NCBI RefSeq assembly: GCF_018350175.1
Contig: NC_058368.1
Coordinates: 7,564,001 to 7,628,000, forward strand
Direction: 5' to 3'
DNA length: 64,000 nucleotides
Source: Felis catus
Lineage: Eukaryota
Positions within the stretch are counted from its first letter, which is position 1. Every line of letters starts with the position of its first letter. The position numbers were made by a program, and so were the translations under genes. Positions 58,513 to 64,000 of this stretch are shown here, piece after piece. The notes beneath the pieces were generated by a model. It had not been told where the DNA came from. It did not search any database and worked only from the letters and a program-made list of their open reading frames with translations.

Positions 58513-59068
58513 TTCATCCATGCCTTTCTTGCCTCGGTAAGATAATGTGGAATGTAATACACATTGGACTCCTACGAGCTGAAAAGATAGAGTGTTTTTA
58601 GGTGATAACCGCCCCCCACCCCACCATTTTCTTTTTTTCTGTTGCTGATGGTAATGGCATAGACAGGAACAAATGTGAAGGCTGATACGTCATTTATTTT
58701 TGACAAAATGATCGGGGAATGGCCGAGGAGTACGGATAAGCGTGTTCCTGAGAAAGTCCTTCGCGAAGAGCTGAGGAGAGAGAAGGAAGATCAGGAAGAA
58801 ACACAAGTGGTGGGTGAAGGAGGGACACAAGGCGGCTAATCGAAGGGCTGGAACTTCAATAGGAGGTCACCCAGGACATCTTCCCTGGCTGTATTTTTTA
58901 CTCCGAAAGATCTCTGGGAAACAGACTCTTTGTTTTCAGTAGGAGGCCAGTCCAGGCTCAGGCAGCACTCAGCACAGAAGACGCTCCGAGAAGAGTCAGT
59001 TCAGAAGTCAACCCCCTGGGCAGATAAACGTGCTGCGTAAAAGTGAATGTTAAAAACCAGGTCCTACA

Positions 59069-61272
59069 GGGGCACCTGGGTGGCTCAGTCGGTTAAGCGC
59101 GGAACTCTTGATTTCCGCTCAAATCATGAGACTGAGACTGAGTCCCACATCTGGCTCCGTGCTGTGCGTGGAGGCTGCTTGGGATTTCTCTCCCTCCCTC
59201 GTGTGCAAACCCTCTCTCTCTCTCTCAAAAAAAAATTAATTAAAAAAATGAAAGGTCTGGGGCATCTGGGTGGCTCAGTCGGTTGAGCATTAGGTTCAGG
59301 TCATGGTGTCACGGTTCCTAAGTTCAAGCCCCGCATCGGGCGTGCTGCTGTCAGCACAGAGGTCGCTTCAGATCCTTTGTCCCACCCCCCTCTCTCTGCA
59401 CCTCCCCCCACCCCCATCTCGAAACTAAATAAACGTTAGAAGATATTGGTGTTCGAAAAAAACGTCCCATAACGAAGCTGACATAGACTGCTCTGTTAAT
59501 GTCCGGAATGTGATAAATAATGCACATAAAGCGCACAATCGTTAGCAGAGTCAACTCTGAAATAACTGAATATTGAATAAATGACCTTAAGTGATCTGCG
59601 CAGAGGGTTGTTCTTCCCTCTCACCAACAGATCGGCCTTTTCTTTATCCTGTCGGTTACAACGTGCCTTTCCAAAGGCAGGGTAGGGTGTAGGAGTGAAG
59701 TCAAGCCCTGTGATTGAGATTAAGGGAAAAAACAGTAGTCCTGGGGCGCCACCTACTGGTCGGATGGAAAGGGCTGTGCACGCAGGAGCAGAACCCGTCT
59801 CTAAGATCCGTGCTTTTGAGTTGTGTTCTTAGCCGTGTTAACAATGTGTAGTTTGGGGCGCCTGACCGGCCCAGTCGGTAGAGCATGCAACTCTGGATCT
59901 CAGGGTTGTGAATTTGAGCCCCACGTTGGGTGTAGAGATTACTTAAAAATAAAATCTCTTAAAAAAACGTGTAGTTATGTCAGAGACAAACGACCGAACT
60001 CAAACCAGATCTGGATTTGATAGAGTCTGATTTTGTTTCCTCCAACAAGGGTTTTAAATACCTTCCTTCCTCAGAGAATGTTGCCTTTTATTTTTTATTT
60101 TTATTTTTAATACTTATTCAGTTTTCAGAGAGAGAGAGAGAGAGACAGAGCGTGAGTGTGGGAGGGGCAGAGAGAGAGGGACACACAGAATCCCAAGCAG
60201 GCTCCAGGCTCTGAGCCATCAGCACAGAGCCCGACGCGGGGCTCGAACCCACAAACTGCCAGATCATGACCTGAGCCACAGTCGGATGCCTAACCGACCG
60301 AGCCATCAGGCGCCTGGAAAATGTTGCCTTTTAAATACTATATTTGATACATACAAAAGTTATGTTATAAAGAAAAATAATATTAATGAACGCCCATGAA
60401 CCCATTACCCCACCCAGCCCCGAAGCCCCAAATATCATCAGTGTGAAAATGAATAAATGGTGGTCATTGTATATTCACGTTGCACATCAGTGAAATACAA
60501 GCCCTTAAGATCCATGTAACAGCGTGAGTGAATCTGAGACGTATGAACTGGGGTTTTTTTCTTTTTCAAGAAAGCAGGAACTGGAAGTCTACGTAGGGCA
60601 TGGAGCCATTTCTAGAAAGCTCATGAGCAGGAGAATATTCATTTGCAAGGAAATCAAATTCTTCAGTGCCTTGGGTACTACAGCAGCAAGGGGGGTGCCG
60701 TGTGGGATCCCACATACAAACGTGCTTGTTGGTTCCCATCCACAGCGAAGTCACGTTCAGAATGGATGTGGGTCTGACTGAAATCGGTTTGGCCGCAGGT
60801 GTATGTGCCAAGGGTCTTGGTTAGAAGCACTGGAGGCCAACTTGGGTTCACAGCATCCGAAGGGGATTTCTGGAAAAGAGACAGTGGCTCCCAGGCTCAG
60901 GAAGGCCAGAGAGCAAGGCTTGGGCAAGAAGAGGGGCCAGAGCAGCTCCAGGGATCTAGGAAGTGGGGACTGCTTATCACTCTCGGTCGGAGACGGCTGT
61001 TGCTGAGAATTGTAAGTTCCCACTCCCTTTCTCTTTTTCTTTTTTATTTCAAAAAATACTTTTTTTTTTAACATTTATTCATTTTTCAGAGACAGAGAAA
61101 GAACACGAGTGGAGGAGGGCAGAAAAAGAGGGACACACAGAATCCGAAGCAGGCTCCAGGCTCTGAGCTGTCAGCACAGAGCCCGACGCAGGGCTCGAAC
61201 CCACGAACTGTGAGATCATCATCACCTGAGCCGAAGTCGGACACTTAACCAATTGAGCCACCCAGGCACCCC
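59069..61272. mobile_element. SINEs at 59069-59245 (plus), 59259-59440 (plus), 59855-59967 (plus, short), 60091-60316 (minus), 61060-61272 (minus)
   Basis: Heads and tails; TSD aatgttgcctttta around the 60091 copy. Confidence 0.85.
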
Positions 61273-61554
61273 CCGACCCCCCAACTCCCTTTTTCATCCT
61301 TGCCTGAATCCAGGTCGGGCACCAACTTCCAGAACGAAAGAGGAAGTTTATCAGCCAGGCTTGAGTCAAGGACCCTCCTTGGCTAGAAGGCACCACCCCC
61401 TGCCCCCACTGAAGTCCCACCCCACTGCCTCGATACCATAGGGACAAGTAATGTATCAAATCACAGTGCTGCTACTGAAAGAAATGGGAATAGATATCGG
61501 ATGGCCAAAGAAACACATGATCACTATAACGGCATCTTTAAAAATAATATACAC

Positions 61555-62223
61555 AACAAAAAGTTAAAAATAGGATTACCATTTGATCCGGCAATCCCAC
61601 TTCTTTACAAAAGAAAACAAAAATATGCCAAAGAATCGGAAGCAGGTTCTCAAAGAGGTATTTGCACACCCGTGTTCATAGCACCATTATTCACAAAACG
61701 CAAGAGCGGGAGCAAACTAAATGTCCATCAATGGATAAGTGAATCACGAAATGTATACACATACTGTGAAATGTTATTCAGCATTAAAAAGAACGGAAAT
61801 ACGTACTGTCACATGTCACAACACGGATGGACCTTGAGGACATTGTGCCAAGTGAGATAAGTCAGTCACAAAATGACACATATTGTATAATTCCACTTAT
61901 ATGAGGTAGTAAAATTCATAGAAACAAAGTAGAATGATGGTTGCCGGGGCTCGGAGAAAGGGAAAGGGGGAATTATTATTGTTTATTGGGGACAAAGTTT
62001 CAGATTTACAAGATAAAAAATTATGGAGATTGGTTTCACAACAATGTGAATATACTTAACAATACTGAACTTTACACTTAAAAATGGTTAAGATGAGGGG
62101 CACCTGGGTGGCTCAGTCAGTTAATCCTTCAACTTCAGCTCTGGTCACGATCTTGTGTGTTCGTGGGTTCAAGCCCCGCGTCGGGCTCTATGCTGACAGC
62201 TCAGAGCCTGGAGCCTGCTTTGG

Positions 62224-62265
<42 letters not shown>

Positions 62266-62400
62266 CCTCCCCCACTTGTATGTACGTGCACTCTCTCTCT
62301 CTCTCTCTCTCTCAAAAATAAATAAACATTAACAAATTTTTTTTATGTTTTGTGTTATGTGTTCTGTTATCACAATTAAAAATAAATAAATACGATAAAT
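61555..62400 (+). mobile_element. L1M 3' end with a CAN-SINE (62097-62335) inserted
   Basis: [16 protein letters not shown]...ICTPVFIAPLFT ORF2-like remnant plus L1 3'UTR motifs. Confidence 0.85.
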
Positions 62401-63039
62401 AAAATAATAATAGAACCCAAGAGTGACCACAAGATAAGTGTTAACAAGGGCTTGGAGATCACAGGTTACTAAGTGAACTTTCTAATTCTCCAGAAGAAAA
62501 ATGGTATCATTTTAGTACCTACCTCATAAGGCACTTACGAAGATTTAATGAGATGATACATACGTCATTCTTAACACTTACCTCATCACAGGCTGCTTCA
62601 CAAACATGTCTAGTTGGGAAAATATTGACACGTAGTTAAGAACCAAAATACATTTGACAATGTGGCTGGTGTGGTTCCGTTTTATGTAAAGAAACAAAGA
62701 ATTCGGTGGGTTGAGTGTATTTGTGTAAGTATGTGTAAGTAATGCACGTATATTTAAACAAGAAGGTGGGAGAAATATATCTGAAACTTTAACAGCATTT
62801 CCCCTGAAGGAACATTTTGGGCTTTGGGTTGGGCACATAAAGGGAAAGTTTCACTTACTACTATAAGTGAAAAGACAAAATTATCTGAATTCTTAACACC
62901 AAGCATATTTGATGCTTTAACTTGAGTAGGTAAAAAAAAACAATCAAATACAGATATTTCTTGTGTCCTGACTGTATACACAAGTGGGAATTAGCCATAC
63001 AACTTAGAATAAATCATATCTACTTTCACACTTCTAAAA

Positions 63040-63352
63040 ATCCAAGTGAAGAGACATGATCCTTGCAATGAGAGAAGTGGTCTCTGCTGAGTTCATGGGC
63101 AGAGGGAGACAAGGTTGCAGAAGAACAGATGGAAAGATGCAGTATTGTTGGCTATGAAGATGGGGGCAGGGGGCCACCAGCCAAGGAATTCTAGCAGCCC
63201 GTAGAAGCCGGAACCGGTGAGGACACAGATTCTCCACTAGAGCCTCCAGAGAGGAACGTAACCCTGATGACACCTTGATTTTAGCCCAGAAGGACATTTG
63301 TCGAACTGCTTACCTATAGAACTGAAAGATAATACATTTTTGTTGCTTGAAA
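63040..63352 (+). mobile_element. MLT1-type LTR fragment
   Basis: agattctccactagagcctccagagaggaac...acaccttgattttagccc. Confidence 0.7.
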
Positions 63353-63544
63353 GAAATCCAAGCGAAAAGAAAGGATGTCCACGTTAAGGGCCAGTTGGAT
63401 GATATGGACAAGAAGCTTGTAGATTTCGGCAGAGGAAGCCATCACTCATGATGGCTGGTGGAGCTGAAAAAGACCTAAAGTATAAGACAGAGCTCAAGTC
63501 TAGCAACAAAGCAAGGGCTTAAAGAGGAATAAACATCCCAGGAG

Positions 63545-63990
63545 GGGCCATGTTCCAGTAAACCCACAGTAAGTTGAAAATATCATAAGTTGAAATGTAT
63601 TTAATAGACCCAACCTACCGAACATCACAGCTTAGCCTGGCCCACCTCAAATGTGCTCAGAATACTGATGTCAGCCTCCAGTTGGGCAAAATCATCTACA
63701 CCCAGCCTATTTTATAATAAAGTGTTGGATCTCTCATGTCACAGACTGAATACCGTACCCAGAGTAAACACCAGAATGCCGTCCAGGGTGTTGCTTGTTT
63801 ACCCTGTGATCCCACGGCAGACTGGGAGCTTCTACTGTCCAGCATCATGAAAGAGGGTAATATTGCTAACCCAGGAAAAGATCGAAATTCAAAATTCAAA
63901 GGACCGTCTCTACTGAACGTGTATCCCTTTTGCGCCGTCGTAAAGTTGAAAAATAGTAAGTTGAACCACTATAAGTTGGGGACCATCTGT
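63545..63990 (+). mobile_element. Tigger5/MER47-family DNA transposon remnant
   Basis: aacctaccgaacatcacagcttagcct...ttgggcaaaatcatct...taagttggggaccatctg terminal motif. Confidence 0.75.
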
Positions 63991-64000
63991 GTATGTGTAT

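Noticed and set aside
59855..59967. tRNA-like sequence with A and B boxes
   Set aside because: Has an A-rich tail and flanking direct repeats and lacks a proper acceptor stem; a short tRNA-derived SINE, not a tRNA gene
1..64000. CRISPR arrays, operons or other prokaryotic systems
   Set aside because: The sequence is mammalian (spliced genes, SINE/LINE content); no repeat-spacer structure seen

Overview
Mammalian genomic DNA. Abundant tRNA-derived CAN-SINEs of the felid (SINEC_Fc-like) type point to a cat-family genome. The window covers the 3' part of the ParaHox locus. It holds a complete three-exon CDX2 gene (minus strand, 313 aa, 37994 to 32488) and a complete two-exon URAD/PRHOXNB gene (OHCU decarboxylase, minus strand, 174 aa, 54430 to 46554). 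By known synteny PDX1 should lie left of the window and FLT3 right of it; neither is visible. The flanks are dense in SINEs, L1, LTR and DNA-transposon remnants, whereas ~29.4-49.8 kb is almost free of young SINEs and rich in CpG islands. I see no wholly new gene system. The best leads are: an HNF4/GATA/TCF/CDX motif cluster inside the URAD intron that may be a CDX2 intestinal enhancer; a URAD C-terminus (-AGP) lacking a PTS1; a strong-Kozak uORF overlapping the CDX2 start; an intact Ser/Arg-rich alternative frame behind a GC donor; matched C24/G24 tracts in the CDX2 3' region; and several endoderm-type motif clusters. All motif and repeat-family calls were made by eye and need computational confirmation.
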